The notes under the pieces are model-generated. The model searched no databases. It saw nothing but the letters and a program-made list of their open reading frames with translations, and had not been told where the DNA came from. Both the position numbers and the translations under genes were made by a program. 64,000 bases of DNA from Stegostoma tigrinum (lineage: Eukaryota): the NCBI RefSeq assembly GCF_030684315.1, contig NC_081376.1:10017049-10081048 (forward strand), given 5' to 3'. This document shows positions 1 through 13,666 of the stretch, one piece after another (within the stretch, counting starts at the first letter, position 1; each line of letters opens with the position of its first letter).

Positions 1-771
1 CACCTGGTGCAAGTTTCCCTTCACGCCACTCAAGGGACATAGGGAAAATCTGGTTATATCAAGTTGTGCATGTTTCATTGGATGTTGGCAGAATAGGTCT
101 AATGGACTACACAGCTTATTCCTCTTTAAATAATACTATAGTCTTCATCAGGGTGAAGAAGGTAAGGGTTCAAAAGCTGAGGATCTGGCATACCACCAGC
201 ATAATTAAACATGATCTGAACAGTTACACAGCAGCCAAAGGAAGTGAAAAAAAACTTCAAATTTCGAATGACCTCAGTTGGAAACATGTTGTGTTTAATT
301 ACTTTTGACCTCAGCACAGTAAGTTGCTGAGTATGATTTCTATCCGGTCAATTAGGTTTAGAATTTGTATCTTTGCTTTCTCTATTAATTAATCTTCAGT
401 GAGCAGATGAATTTGAATTTAATCTTTCAGGGATGAGCATCCCAAACTATCCCAATGTGTCAGTTATTTCCATCTGTCATCCCTGCAGATTTTTCTAACT
501 GCATGAGATTGTGAACTCATCACAGTTAGCAAACATCTGCATTGTTACCATACTGCAAATGGTCTGCCATTGCTATTACTTAAATTAACATGCTAATGAA
601 GTATTGTGGAGTAGACCATTGGTGTGGGGAAAAAAGCTATACTAATTCACCATCTTGAGTTCGGTTGAATTTGGTTTGCAGCAACAGGTCTAAGGCATTA
701 GACTTTATTACACAGAAGATAGATATTTGGCATTTGGGATAAAAACAGGGTGAATATAATCACAGACATAC

Positions 772-900
772 CCAGCAGCCAGCATTGGGATCTTCACATT
801 TTTCTGTTGTGTAGTTGGCAAGCTGATACTCAGCACAGTCCTCATTGTCATTGCATGTGTAGCAGGAGGTTGCACTCCTTAGTACAGAGGTTGTAGTTCC
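772..900 (-). CDS. Internal exon of an unidentified cysteine-rich gene; first half of a Ly6/uPAR (three-finger)-like domain (GTTTSVLRSATSCYTCNDNEDCAEYQLANYTTEKCEDPNAGCW)
   Basis: Acceptor ttctccacttgcag| and donor TGG|gtatgt on the minus strand; 129 nt open, phase 0-0; CYxC-x5-C-x12-C-x6-C spacing and an NYT sequon. Confidence 0.6.
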
Positions 901-1639
901 CTGCAAGTGGAGAAATTGAAGTGCCTTCACGATATCGTCAGTACGACATTTGCTCCTCATCATGTTTCAGATTGAATATTTGACAAATAGGGAATTACAT
1001 CATTATTTGAAAATAAAGACTTAACTAACACAGGGACAGGATAAGGAGTTAAGAATACAGAGAACAAATCCAACTGAAGCACAAGCAAACATAGGCATTG
1101 TGTTGTAGTGACTACAATTTGTAAAATGATTATTCATTACAGTCTAATTGAACAAATAATGAGGAAATTATCCTTCAAAATTAATTCAGTTAAATACAAT
1201 TTAATCTCCATTATCCTTCCAGCAGCTAAAGAAATTTGGCTAGTAGCTATGGGTCTGCAAAGTTTAGTTCTGCTTTATTCATTCGTGGGATGTGGGCATT
1301 GGTAATGTCCATATCTCTGAGGCAGTAAGCCCATGTTCAAGTACCACCTGCTCTAGAGGTGTGTATTAACATGTCGAAACAGGCTGATTTAGAAAATATC
1401 TTGAAAGCAATTGAACAATGGTAGTCTGGAAAAGGCAGGCATGTAACATGGAGACTTGCATGATCCTAAGGTATTGTTGTGTAAACACTTACTTGCACTT
1501 GTCTATGACAAGCTCTGTTCTCCATACTATTGTAGGTGGTAGAGGAAGCAGGTTTAGTTTAATTTGGGTGGATAGCAGGGCTGGTTTTACACCCCAGGAA
1601 GGTGATGGAGCAATGGTCATGCAGATGATTTATCTTTCT

Positions 1640-2240
1640 GCAAATCTTGTGTGGAGCAGGTTGGCCCATGTAAAGCTCATTCAGTTGCATGACAAACTTT
1701 CTCATGTTCTACGATGGCTCTGTTGCAGGCATAAGCTTGATTCCAATGCTTCGGAGATGTGTCGCCCTGGAGATGCCTCATTGGTGATAAAGCTATGTAT
1801 GCAGGACATGAGCTTTGTCACTGAAGATCCATCCAGCAATTTGGGCTGGGGCTTCAAAAAGCCTTAAGAACAATGAGTTGCACAAGGTGCTTGTGTCATT
1901 GACAAGTCCCTGTGAAATGAGCACAGACCTATTCTTTTCCTGTGGCACACCAGTTGTACATCGATGGAATGAAATCCTTTACGATTTACAAATACAGCTC
2001 AGTGTTACCAGAGAACGTTTATAGGAACATGAGTAGAGTGAATGATCTTTGAACTTGTGGAAACCCAGTGTGACACTGAATGTGGACTGAACTGGCAGAC
2101 TGCTGTCTTCATTGATGGTGATAACCTCATCTACATGATGAAATAGGGTAATTTAGGTCTTATACTCCCTTGTGTGATAGTCTGTTGGCTGTTATTTGAA
2201 ACTACCACTGGTGTAGAAATTGAAGGCTGCTATAATCTTG
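1640..2240 (-). mobile_element. Decayed PIF/Harbinger (HARBI1-like) DDE transposase
   Basis: Manual minus-strand translation across frameshifts gives FNFYTSGSF, GFPQV..STHVPI, FVNRKGFHSIDVQLVCH, GWIFSDK and TRAIVE, the ordered HARBI1 motifs; stops and frameshifts present. Confidence 0.75.
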
Positions 2241-2559
2241 GGAGGCTCTTAGCATAGGGTTGTCACCAAATCCACACAGCCTATTAGTAGGGAATCTTTT
2301 AATTGATCAATTATACATAACATGAACTCCACCCAAAGTGACCCTCCTCCCACTTTGATCGAACATACTTGTAACCAGATGTGTGTTTTCAGTGAGCCAT
2401 GGAGAATTGTGTGTGTCTGTTGCAAAACCCAATTCTGTGCCTTCTATCGTCACCCAGTTGCATCACCTATACGTTTTGACTCAACAAGTGTAACCATTGA
2501 TCTCCCCACTGTTAGTCTTAATCCCTCTCCTCATTGACCTGGATCCTAATATGATTTCC

Positions 2560-2705
2560 CTCCATAAACCATATCTTATGCCTGTGTCTACTAACTGAGT
2601 TCCAAGGAAGGGTCACTGGGCCCGAAACATTAACTCTGATTTCTCTTCTCAGATGCTGCCAGACCTGCTGTGCATCTCCAATAAGTTCTGTTTTTGTTTG
2701 AGAAA
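2560..2705 (+). mobile_element. Penelope-derived terminal-repeat fragment with degenerate hammerhead
   Basis: gagtt-ccaagga-agggtcactgggccc-gaaacatt-aactc followed by the gatgctgccagacctgctg block shared with other copies in the window. Confidence 0.55.
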
Positions 2706-2709
2706 GACA

Positions 2710-3515
2710 GTGGTGTGTCACCTGTTGGGTGTCAAGGAAGCTTCGAGGAAAAGAAGGACTTCACCAGGAGAAACAGACTGTAAACTAAACTGAAATTGGT
2801 AGTCTCCTGTAATCTGACAGGTAGTGACCATGACATGAGAAAAGAGCAGTCTGGGTGTCATGCATGTTTTTATATTCTTCTTTCCAAGTATACACCAGAA
2901 GCGTGGTTAAAAGTCAATTTCAACCCTTGTCTGCAGTTTCAAGTTTATGAAGATGTCTGCTTGAGACTCACAGCTGAGAAAACCACTAGTCTTCCTTGCA
3001 CTGCAAGGAAAAAGTGAGTAAGTGTCTATCTCTGCTTGAAGCCAGAAAGCAAGTGAGACTGCATTCAAAAGGAAACAGGACGAAGGCCTTCCAGCTGACC
3101 TGCAAAGCCAAGCAGTTCAAAATCACCCGCTCACCCAGCAATATCAGCGCTATTTGTATCACCCAATGTAATGGCTGTGACATCTCATTGTCTTCTCATT
3201 GTGAAACTCAGAGACTGATTCATAAGTCTGTTAAAGTTTTTTTACTTTTTTGAACACATTTCTCATTTCTGTTGTGTGTATATGTTTCTTTCTTTATTCT
3301 TCTTATGTTTAATAAATAATTAAGTCACTCATTATCTCAAGAAAGCACTATAAAATTGGCTCCTTTTAAAGTATAAGTTCACTTTGTGAGACAAGCATCC
3401 ACAAAGAAAGAATCCTTAAAAATTAACATTGTTGTGGCCAACTGAGGGAGTGGGTGAATAAAAAAAGGACCCTGTTCATCCCTCCTCACCAGGAGTTTGA
3501 CAGTTTGGGGCATCC
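2710..3515 (+). mobile_element. Probable decayed LTR (Gypsy-type) with PBS-like end
   Basis: Ends ...tttgaCA (3502) followed by gtttggggcatcc; AATAAA-containing U3/R-like texture; 5' boundary uncertain. Confidence 0.3.
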
Positions 3516-4150
3516 TATCTAGAATTTTTATAAGATGTAGTTCCTCACCTTGGACTGATTATGTCAGTCCTAGCTCCTGAGAGCTAAAGAGTAAACAATG
3601 TGACTGTTTTTATTGGAAGTGCTAGAAATTAAAGGTAAAGGAAGCACAGTATGTTAGTGATGGCAACCTTGGATTTTAAGTATACCGTATGGATACAGCC
3701 ATCTGTTACAAATACTTAGACTACCCTCATTCAACTGATTCATGAATAACTCTTAGGTTTTTGACTCCATTTTCCCAATCATTATTCATTTAAGCATTTT
3801 CTTGTTGTCCCAACCAGTATGTATTCCTGAAACAACATCACTGAAACCAATTATCCAATTACTTATCTCCTTTCTGCTTAGAAGACTGTTCTGTATTCAA
3901 ATTGACTGTAATGCTTCCCCATGTTACAACAGCAACTGGTTGCGTTTCAACAAAAAAAATGGCTTGAGACATCCTGAGGTGGTGCACATTCCTTCTTTCA
4001 GATATTTTTCATTAAGATTATCTTTTCCCCATGTGAAATTATAATGATGCATTTCAAGGTGATGTGGACTAAACAAACTTGATATCCTTTTATTTCACTT
4101 AGCGTTACTTGGCCTGAGCAAAAGGAGAAGAGGTACTTGAGGATTCTTAC

Positions 4151-4197
4151 TGTAAATCTATAATCTGTAGGTATGAGATCAATATCTGTGCCAGATG
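4151..4197 (-). CDS. Candidate upstream exon of the same gene (xSGTDIDLIPTDYRFT)
   Basis: Strong acceptor ttctctttcttttcag| and donor ACA|gtaaga; 47 nt, phase 1 to 0, which joins in frame to the 772-900 exon. Confidence 0.45.
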
Positions 4198-6329
4198 CTG
4201 AAAAGAAAGAGAATGCAGAAATTATTTCTACAAAGATAGATGTAGTAAAGTGCACAAAATTACAATAAATAGATAATCTCTATCTCACGTTGTTTGTTTC
4301 ATATCTCCTTGATTTGGTTATCAATTAAAACATGTTTTAATTGTCATCTTGAAAGTTTTGATAATCCAACATCCTCAGGATTTTGGGCAAGGAATTTTAC
4401 AGTGAAATTGTATATATGCTTCCCATATTCACTTTTTAAATGATCTAGTTCTGATTTTAACCTGTCTCTTCATGTTTAAACTAGTTTGTCCCTATTTACG
4501 TCATTAATTTCTTTATTGTTTTTAATCATTCAATTAAATCATTCCTAAATTCAAGATGATTCAAGCTGAGTTTCAGAGACCTGTCACTGTATAGTAAGGA
4601 TTTCATCCTGATGAACCTGTATGACACTTCTTTCCAACACGTATATCCTTCCTGAGTTGATGTCCCTAAAATTGTGTGTAGTATTTTGGATGGAGAGATT
4701 TATAGAGGGAATTTCAGTATTGAGTACAGAGTGTGCAGCTGAAAGCATGTGAAGCATTACAATGGTATGAAGTGAGGGGCAAGGCATGAGGCGCCAAAAG
4801 CAGAAGAACACTGAACTCTAGGAGGTTTGTGGGCTACAGGAGCTTTGAGAGATAGTGAATGATACAGCTATTGGAAAATTAAATATGAAAGTGAGAATTT
4901 TAAAGTGAAGTTGTGGGGGTCCAGCAGCCAGTCACGGATTGACAGTCAGGGAGTGATGGATGAATGAGGCCTGATGTGGGACAAATATGTGAGTATTAGA
5001 ATTTCTACTTTTTAAAAATATACTGTTATTGATTTACTATTTTCCACATTTCTGATTGTTAAGTTTGGAAGAGACAATTGCACATTTGCGTGTTTCAACA
5101 GCAGATGAGCTCATGAAGGGGTGGACATAAGAAATCTTCTGGAAGTGGATAGAGATTGTCTTTGTCTTTTTCAATTAAAAAGTTACATAGTTAGATGTTC
5201 AGCTTAGGATTTTGTAAGATGCTAAGTCTGGTTCAATCCAAGAGCGTGACCAGTAAATGGATGGCAAGTTGGCAAGAGTCAAGAGTTTGTGGTCAGGGCA
5301 CTTGGGGCAAGTCCTGGAGAGGGGGAGGCAGATCAGGACAGAGTGGAAGAAGGGGATGCTGTTGTGGGGTGAGGCAAATTGATTCCAGAGCATAATAAGG
5401 GGCAGCTGAAAGTCTGGAGAGGGGCAACAGGCTGTACAGGTCTGAAGAACAGAAGGGATTGGTCTACAGCAGTGGAAGTGTGGGATGGCAGGTCCCTGGC
5501 AGGGTTGGGTAGGCAGATTGGATTGAGAGTGGGGTAAGGGGACACTGGGCCTGGAATAGGAAAAGTAGGAAACAAGTGAAGGGTGGGCAAGCGGGGTGGG
5601 GAGGTGTCCTGTTGCGGTACATACTGTCCAAGACAAGGGAAGGGGACAATAGATCCAAATCAGTCTCTGGGGGGATGTTAGTGGTTTGTAGGGCAGTGTA
5701 GTTGGTGATCTGTGAAATAAGGTGGACTCTACTGAATGATTGATGGTACCAACTTTGAGCTTTTGTATCAGGTCATCAGGAGATTTATTTCAATAAACAA
5801 CAAAGTCTGTGTGTGTGTCATTTTGTTCTTTATAAAAATCCTAAACTCCAAGAGCTATTGCAAAAGGGCTCAGGGAATGAGAGTGTATATGAATTTCAGT
5901 GCTAGTGGGATGCCTGATATATGGGCCACAAGTTCTGAGGACTGGCTGAACAAATCCAACAGCATATTCTTGTTTGGTTGTTCATAACAATCATGGCACT
6001 CACCAAATAAAATCAGCTCACACTTATAATACACATAACATAGTGTGCAGCATTAAATGTGATAGTGCAATTGGGAAACATTTGATAGATGGAATGTATG
6101 AAGAATTACACTGACCTCAATTTAGGGTTGGGTTTACACTGTGGTGCACTTATGTGTACAGGAGGTTTTATATTTTAATACACAGGGCATGTTATTTGCA
6201 GTCAGAAAGAACATTTATATAATCTGTACCTATTTCAAGTCAACAAATTAGGTGACAGCCATTTTCTGGCTCAACTGTCAGTGTGATGCCCTCACCTATC
6301 AGAATCAGAAATGCTGGGTTTAAAGGGTA

Positions 6330-6560
6330 AACAATGCCTGGAAGTTAACTGCCATTCATCAATAACTGGCGCAGTCTCCGTAGAAAAACCATCACCAGTC
6401 AAAATCCACTTCTCATCTAGTACAATGTTGGCTATCCTCTTAATTTAATATTTCTTGTGAGTTATCCTGGTGAGTGCATAATGAGAAATTTTGATAAAAT
6501 TGTCTTTTTTCAGCAATACTTAGGATTATCAAATGATTAAGTAGCTTTGGTTAAAGTATG
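6330..6560 (+). mobile_element. Penelope-type terminal-repeat remnant with degenerate hammerhead
   Basis: ttatc-ctggtga-gtgcataat-gagaaatttt-gataa at 6462-6497; stem I (ttatc/gataa) intact, core mutated. Confidence 0.4.
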
Positions 6561-7089
6561 AGAAATATACTGATTACATGCAGTTATACACTCATTTAGG
6601 AGGAAATGTAGCTTACGGTTTTGGGAACTGCAGAATCCTAAAAATGTAAAATAAAAAAAACATAGTTATGATCAAATGTGTACCTGTTAGCAATGTGTTA
6701 GTACATTTTATTCAAAATTGCACCAAACGTATCCATAAGCTTGTTCTTTGAATACTTTCTGCTGGTTATCAAAATGAATAGAAACTTGAGCACCTGGCTG
6801 CAAATCTCCTGCAGATAATGCAATTCACAACTTATTCTTACATCCTAACTGCAGCTGGCACGTTTCAAACAAGCACGGGCCCTTCACGTGCAGGCTCTTT
6901 ATGACAACGTGATGGGAGCAAATATGTAAACAGGAACAGTGTTGGTGCTGGTACACTGAAAGAGCAACTATCTCTCCTTTGAGTTAATGGAGAGAGAGGA
7001 AAGCCACATTCATATCTTGAACCAGTCCTTCTCAGAGCATCTAAAAGGATCTGTGAGGAATTTATCCCTAGGCATTACTCAATAGTTTG

Positions 7090-7365
7090 TCTTATTATCA
7101 AGAGTTGCCCATTTCATATAGAGATTAGGCAAATTCTTTTCTCTTAGAGTATTGAGAGTTTTTGGATCTCTCTCTGTGAAAAGATGATGGAAGCAGAGAA
7201 CTTGAATATATTGAAGGCAGAGGTAGTTAGATTCTTGTTCAGCAAGGGATTGAAAGGTTATCAGGTTATGTGGGAATGTGGATTTGAGGTTACAATCATG
7301 GTCTTATTGAATGGTAAGCAGGCTTGAAGGGCTGAATGATCTACTCCTGTTCCTGCTTCATGGGT
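7090..7365 (+). mobile_element. CR1 LINE 3' fragment
   Basis: Decayed RT C-terminus (FF.LRV..WxSL..K.MEA..LNI.KAEV.RFL) then CR1-type tail ggcttgaagggctgaatgatctactcctgttcct. Confidence 0.6.
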
Positions 7366-10300
7366 CCATGATAGAAAATGTTGAGGGCTGACCTAATATT
7401 AGTATTTCAACATTTTAAGGATCTTGATAGAATTGATATAGAGGAAGTGTTTCTGCCGGGACTGAGGAAGAGGATGTTAAGGAGCCCAGACTTCTAGTTA
7501 GGTTCAGTGCATTGATGCAGACCAAACCGTCAGACCATAGCAAAGGAAATAAGCGGGGGGGGGTGGAGACTGGACTTGAGAGGTTAGGGCCAGGGTTACA
7601 GTGGGGTGTGACCATTGGGGGTTGCCTCCAATGAGGTCATGTTACTTTGCCAAACTCCATCAAGGCTATCCAGTCTGAGCCTCCTGCTGCTTTTGGTAAA
7701 ACAGGCAGAATGTGGCATTTATGAATGCAGCCAAGTAATTAGATTCCCCTACTTGTGTAAAATGGGAGACAGGTCAGGGGGTGGTTGGGTCCAATGGAAA
7801 GTTCATTCACTGCATTTTGTGAGTTCACCCCATCTTCAAACATTCATGTTGGTGGGGGTGGGGGCGTGGTGGGGGGAGGGTTACGTAACATGAAGCCCAA
7901 CGCTTCAAGTCAAGTGCGTTTGCAGTTCTGAAGGGCAGTTTCCACTGAAAACTTTAAAGTTTCTTTCTCTGTAAGTGCTGCAAAATCTACTGAGTGTTTC
8001 CAGAACATTCTGTTTTTATTTCAGATTTTTAGCATCAGCAGTATTTTCTTTAGAAACTGGAATAGGCCATTCAACTTTTGAGAATGTTTCATCATTCGGT
8101 CATTTGGCTGAATGGCCTACTTCTGCTCCTATATTTAACTCTTCTAAGTCAGATTAATTCCACTTAGTTTAACTCCATAATCTTTTGATACCTAACACCC
8201 TCACCTAATAAAGAACTTATTGATCTCAGTCTTGAACTTCAAATAACCCTGCGCATATAGCCCATTGGCAGGGACAGTTCCAGATTCCCAATACCCTTTG
8301 TGTGAAGTTATTGATTTTGTAGCTATTTCTTTTCAAGAAAACAAGCACAGACTAAAATTCAGCAGTGTTCAGTGTTCTGGATTGTTTTCTACAACTTACC
8401 ACAAAGAGTAATTTCAAGTGCCAGAAACAAAGTAACTGGGTCTTGCTGGAAGGAAATTTTCTTAGACATTTTCAACAACCTGAAATTTGAAAAAGAAAAG
8501 TCTGACAAAATTAGAAAGAAAGGTCAGACATATTGCGGAGAAAGGACAACTCAAAAATAATTGCTATCAGTATTGAAGGCTGTCTTTATGTAAAGCTGCT
8601 TAGCAAATCTTTTGCATTTGTTTTAAACAATCACATCTAAATTAACCTTTACAGCCTCTCCTTGTGATACCTCATGACACTTTACTATATTATTATAGTA
8701 ATAAATCAAAGATTCTCAATTCCCCAGGTAGATCAGTGGGGCCATGTTTGATGTCTTTGCTTTCTTGCCCACTTCCAATCCACTTATTCCTGCTGACCTT
8801 TACCAACGTTATAGACACGATGATTGATATGGCTGTGTAAAATCTACGTGAAACCTGGCTGATCTCTTGGTTGAAATAAGCAGCATTACAGAAGGTTTTG
8901 ACTAGCAGTTTTCAGATCAGTTGCAATGATGGCAGTATTTGGTTTTTACAAGAATCATGATCAACTTAATCTATTTTATAGATCCACTTCATTTTGACAG
9001 CATTATTTCTTTTGTTCCTGCCCTAATCGCCAGATACTTACCACAAGTGCCCAGTTGCTTCGCTCACTGTGTTTCCCTTCTTCAGCTGTTGAGAAATGGT
9101 TCAAGGAAAAGGTTGCCTCTGCATTTGATGCAGCAATGTTTGGGTATCCATGACAACTGCTATTAATTAAGAGAGCTAGACTGGAGTTTGAATTATTGTG
9201 AGGGAGAACTTCAGTGCAGAAAACAGCCATATTCTAGCTCTGGTAAAAGGGAATCCTGGTATTTTGATAGAAAATATTTCTGGATGAAGTGAATTTAAGT
9301 TTGGAATATCACTATTTTCAGGCACAGCTACTACAGTGGAGAGGACATCATGCTGCTCACCTCATTTTTACAAACCTATAAATATTTAACAGAGCTTAGA
9401 GAAGTAAAGTTTAAAAAAAAATGTTGCAGACATTATATTTATTAAAGATCATAATAAATTGAAAAAAAGACTGGGACATATTGAAACGCTGTTGAAAAAT
9501 AGAAAACCAAAGGTGCAGAGGGAGAGAAGGCATATACCGATTTGGTTAAGTTACACACAGATGTTCATCTTTTTAGTGAAATTTCCAAAGTAACATTCTT
9601 ACCTGAATGACACTTGTTAATTTTCTGTATCATTCGTCAAAAACATTCGAAGTTTTGTATTCCTCTCACCCTCATATTTAGGTCAATGTGTACCTGTTAC
9701 TATTCTCCAATAGTACAGTTTGCTTTAAAAGGAGCAATGTGAGAGGGCAATCTTCATAAATTCCTGCTGAATTTTAACTAGAGCTGTTGAGTTAGATTGA
9801 GACTTAAATAATCAGCTCAATCACATATATCTCAAAGAGTCAAGGCAATGCAGTCATTGAAGTCAATGGGAATGAAAATTGATACTGATGTAGAATGTGC
9901 TGCTGATTCAGAATCACTCATTTTAACTGATGCCCAGTCTATATTATGCCTAATGACTGCAAAATGTCTGGGAGAATTTTGCACAACACGGAAAATTGAA
10001 TAAGACAATAATTTAACCAGTAAACTGTAAACATCAGAGTTAAAAGCAACAATACTCAATTTAGCTGTTACTGTATTTACATACACCTCTTAAACTCACT
10101 ATTTTGTTAGTGCCACACAATTACAGTCTTAAACTTTGTTCTATCTAATGCTAAATCAGCTAGGAGTTCCCTCCTCCACTTGTTGAAATTTAAATTGACT
10201 GCACAGTTCAATCATTCTTTCCCAGCAACTCAGAACTATGGAATTTCTCAATGTCCTTGGTCTTTGGTCTTGCCAAGGTCCAAAGGGGTTTCAATGCCCT

Positions 10301-12169
10301 ATTGTGGCATTTCATAGTGACGAGTTCGTGATTTATTTCATCCCTGTAATTAGTTGGCTCTTGGCAATGACAAGACACTACTTAAACACACACACAAACT
10401 ACAGAGACCATTTGTTTCCATGACAGTGTATCAATGATCTTTCTAGCCAACAAAAATCTCACAATGGAACAGCCCCATCAACTGAAATATTTAAGGCCCA
10501 GTTTCAGATTATTTCCATATAAAGGTTTTCATTGTCAGGGTGACTATCTGTTACAGCAGGTCGCTGGACAAGGATCTTCAACTGATTATGCCCCAAGGTG
10601 AGGAGGGCTTGTTACAGTAAGGTTAACATTCCCTTCCCATGTGTGCAATATCAGCTCAAGGGCTGAATTTTCCCAGTCTCCAAATCTGCGATCTCTCTTT
10701 CAATGTTGCAGTTTGAAGCATAACATTACCTTATATTGCAATGCTGCTGTCAGGCTGTACCACATGGAGGGACAGTCACAAATCCTTTTCAGGTCAATCA
10801 ATTCCAATCCTACAAAGTACCCCAATTGCTATGATCTTGGTTGTTTATTTTTACTGGACAAGTCAGATCACAGACTGAAATCTGGCTTGATAGACTTTTT
10901 TTATGTAATGTGGTGGCCTTTCAGTGAAACACAAGCACACAATGCTGTACAGATGGTTTTACCAATAAAGCAGAAGTTTATTATTGATGCAGAAGATGAA
11001 ATAGAATAGAAAAAATACAATATACAGTCTATCACAAGAGCATCCATTTACAACACTCAAACACCAGGGAGAATTCCCTCTGTGGTAGGAGGGTTTGGGC
11101 GGCAAAATTGGACATTCTAACTTGACCTAAAGCCAGCGAAATCAAGCCTGACAGAAAATTGGCCAAATGAAATTAAACAGCTGCCAGCAACTTTGAGTGG
11201 CAGAGAACAGTGGAAACCAAAGTCAAAGAGCTCACAAAAGTTCAGGGAGAAGCTGTTACATCTAGCTCCAGGTTGTGTATTGGGGGATTCTTGAAAGGAC
11301 TTCGTTCAACCCCATGGGATGCTTTGCACCCAGCTCATGGCCCCATTTGCTAAAGACCACAGTGCCTCCAGGAAGGTCGGGGTGAATGAGGATAAGAACA
11401 CACATGGACACACCCCCTCAATGAAGACTCAACATGGTCAATCAGCAGAACTTTGACCACTTATTGGGGGAGAGAGATCGAAGATCTACCCTGAACTGTG
11501 ACATCCACCTTCATGGAAGAGAGCCAGCCCTTCATCACTGAGGAGATCCCGACAGCCTGGCTCAAACACGTGGATTGTTTTGGGTAAACTCTTCCTCAGA
11601 TGGATAGAGTTAGATAAACAGTAAACATTGTGGGAATTTGGGAAATGCTCACATGGTGATTTTTATGAGAAATATTTTGTGAATAAAACCGAATTCTGTG
11701 TCTCTTTGTCTGCCTCATCAACAAGACCACTCGAGTAAAGTGTTTTTAATACATAAACTGATCAAAGTGCCCAAAGCACAGACAATAGGTTCTCTGTTAC
11801 AACTTTAAGTGTAATTTGACTGATGCTTTCCATTCCTGGTCTTTAGAGTCTGGCAGTATCTTCCTTTAGAATCCACACAATAGAGCTTAGATTTTCTCAG
11901 CCCTGATTAACCCATTCAGAGTTCTAAACAAACACATCTGCTCTGGAACATTCAAACTAAAATCTTTGCACCTGTAACCTGGGTAATAGGGGTAACCTGT
12001 TTCCCTATTTTTTCTCTAAACTAACTCCTTTCTCAAGGAGAAACTTTTCATCTAGCTTCAGCCAGAACATCTATGAACTGAAACCAAAAAACTTCCCAAG
12101 CATTTCAAGTTTCCCTTAAGTAAAACAAAAATTACTGATCATTCTGATGGAAGCTGTCAAATCATAATG

Positions 12170-12600
12170 GTACAGGAGACCATTTGGCATATCGTGTTTT
12201 AAGCAGTTCTATTACATAATGCCAATCTCCCCATATGCTTGCATACCATTTCTATCCAAAATGATCATCCAACACACCCTTTAATTCCTCAACAGAGCCT
12301 GCCTCCACCACATTTCCAGGCAGTGGATTCCATACCCTATTGTTTCACTGTGTGAAAAAGTTTTTTCTCACATCACCTTGTTTCATTTACACATCACTTT
12401 AAATCTGTGCCCTCTCATTTTTTCCTTTATGAGAGGCAACAACTTCTCCCTATCTACTCTATCCAGCCCACTCATGATTTTGAAAACCTCTAACAAATCT
12501 CCTCTCAGCCTTCTCTCCAAGGAGAACAGTCCCAACGTCTTCAATCTATCATAATAACTTAAGTTACCCATTCCTGGAGCCCTTCCTGTAAATCTGTAAT
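12170..12600 (-). mobile_element. CR1 LINE 3' fragment
   Basis: ORF 12383-12715 contains LSYYDRLKTLGLFSLERRLRGDLLEVFKIMSGLDRVD, the CR1 ORF2 C-terminal signature. Confidence 0.85.
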
Positions 12601-13367
12601 GTTCTTCAGTGCTTACATTGTTTGCTAATAAAATTTTATAAATGCAAACAAAATTCCCATTAGTACTCCAGGAAGTTTCTCTCTCATGCTGTCTTCTAAA
12701 ATAAAACCATGGCACTAGAAATGAGAATCTGTTCGTTTAACCCCTTAATGCACACAGACCAAAACCCACATGGCACTAGTTTAGATCTAAATTCCAAAAT
12801 AAATGGTATTGAAATATGCATATAAATGACACAATTTACATCACAATGTCAACCATGCCGCCTATACACCCTCACAAGCTGTACTTGCTTGGGTCCCTCC
12901 ATGTACTGTGAATGGTTGTTCGTGATTGGTAGTGAATTGTTGAGCTGTTGCACAGTCCGGCTTTAAGAATGGTGGGGGCAGTGTGAATCACAGAAAAACC
13001 CGACAGTGGTATTTCCCCTGCTGGTGAGTGCATGATAGTGCAAACACGGCATGCTAGGTGTGTGGTGCTTACATAATCAGGTGAATAGCACAGGTTTTTG
13101 TGAGATAACTTGCCCGCGATCACTAAGTGAAACTCTGCATCAAACTCGCCAAAACTGACTCAATTGATTTCTGGTAAATTTCAGCTCCTACTGGAGTTTC
13201 AAAAGAAGTCAATTTAGTTGGATTTTTTTGAGTTAAAGAGAAAGTGACTTTCTTCACTACTGAAACACAAGGAAATATAATAAAATGTTACATGTATACA
13301 CACAGATTACAAATGGCAGATGATTCGAAAATGTAAAAGTCAAACAAAAACAGATTAATCAGTCTTT

Positions 13368-13666
13368 GATTAGATTAGATTCCCTACAGTGAGGAAACAG
13401 GCCCTTCAGCCCAACAAGTCCACACCGCCCCTTGAAGCATCCCACCCAGACCCATCCCCCTATAACCCACATACCCCTGAACACTACGGGCAATTTAGCA
13501 TGGCCGATCCACCTACCTCCCACATCTTTGGACTGCCGGAGGAAACCCACGCAGACACAGGGAGAATGTGCAAACTCTGCACAGACAGTGGCCTGAGGCT
13601 GGAATTGAACCCGGGTCCCTGGCGCTGTGAGGCTGCAGTGCTAACCACTGAGCCACCGTGACGCCC
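13368..13666 (-). mobile_element. Near full-length HE1-type tRNA-derived SINE
   Basis: Minus-strand A box TGGCTCAGTGG (13645-13655), B box GGTTCAATTCC (13601-13611), typical body and (TCTAA)n tail. Confidence 0.85.

Noticed and set aside
5199-5658. Pro-rich minus-strand ORFs
   Set aside because: Purine-rich low-complexity tract, open in several frames, with no splice or homology support
5998-6060. Signal-peptide exon for the cysteine-rich gene (minus-strand donor G|gtgagt)
   Set aside because: The phase-1 frame has an upstream stop and no ATG, and no convincing acceptor
11535-11572. Hammerhead-like CTGAGGA...AAACACGTG
   Set aside because: Lacks the G of GAAA and a valid NUH triplet; at best a dead remnant
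13595-13666. tRNA gene (also 41018-41110)
   Set aside because: A/B boxes belong to SINE heads followed by SINE bodies; no cloverleaf
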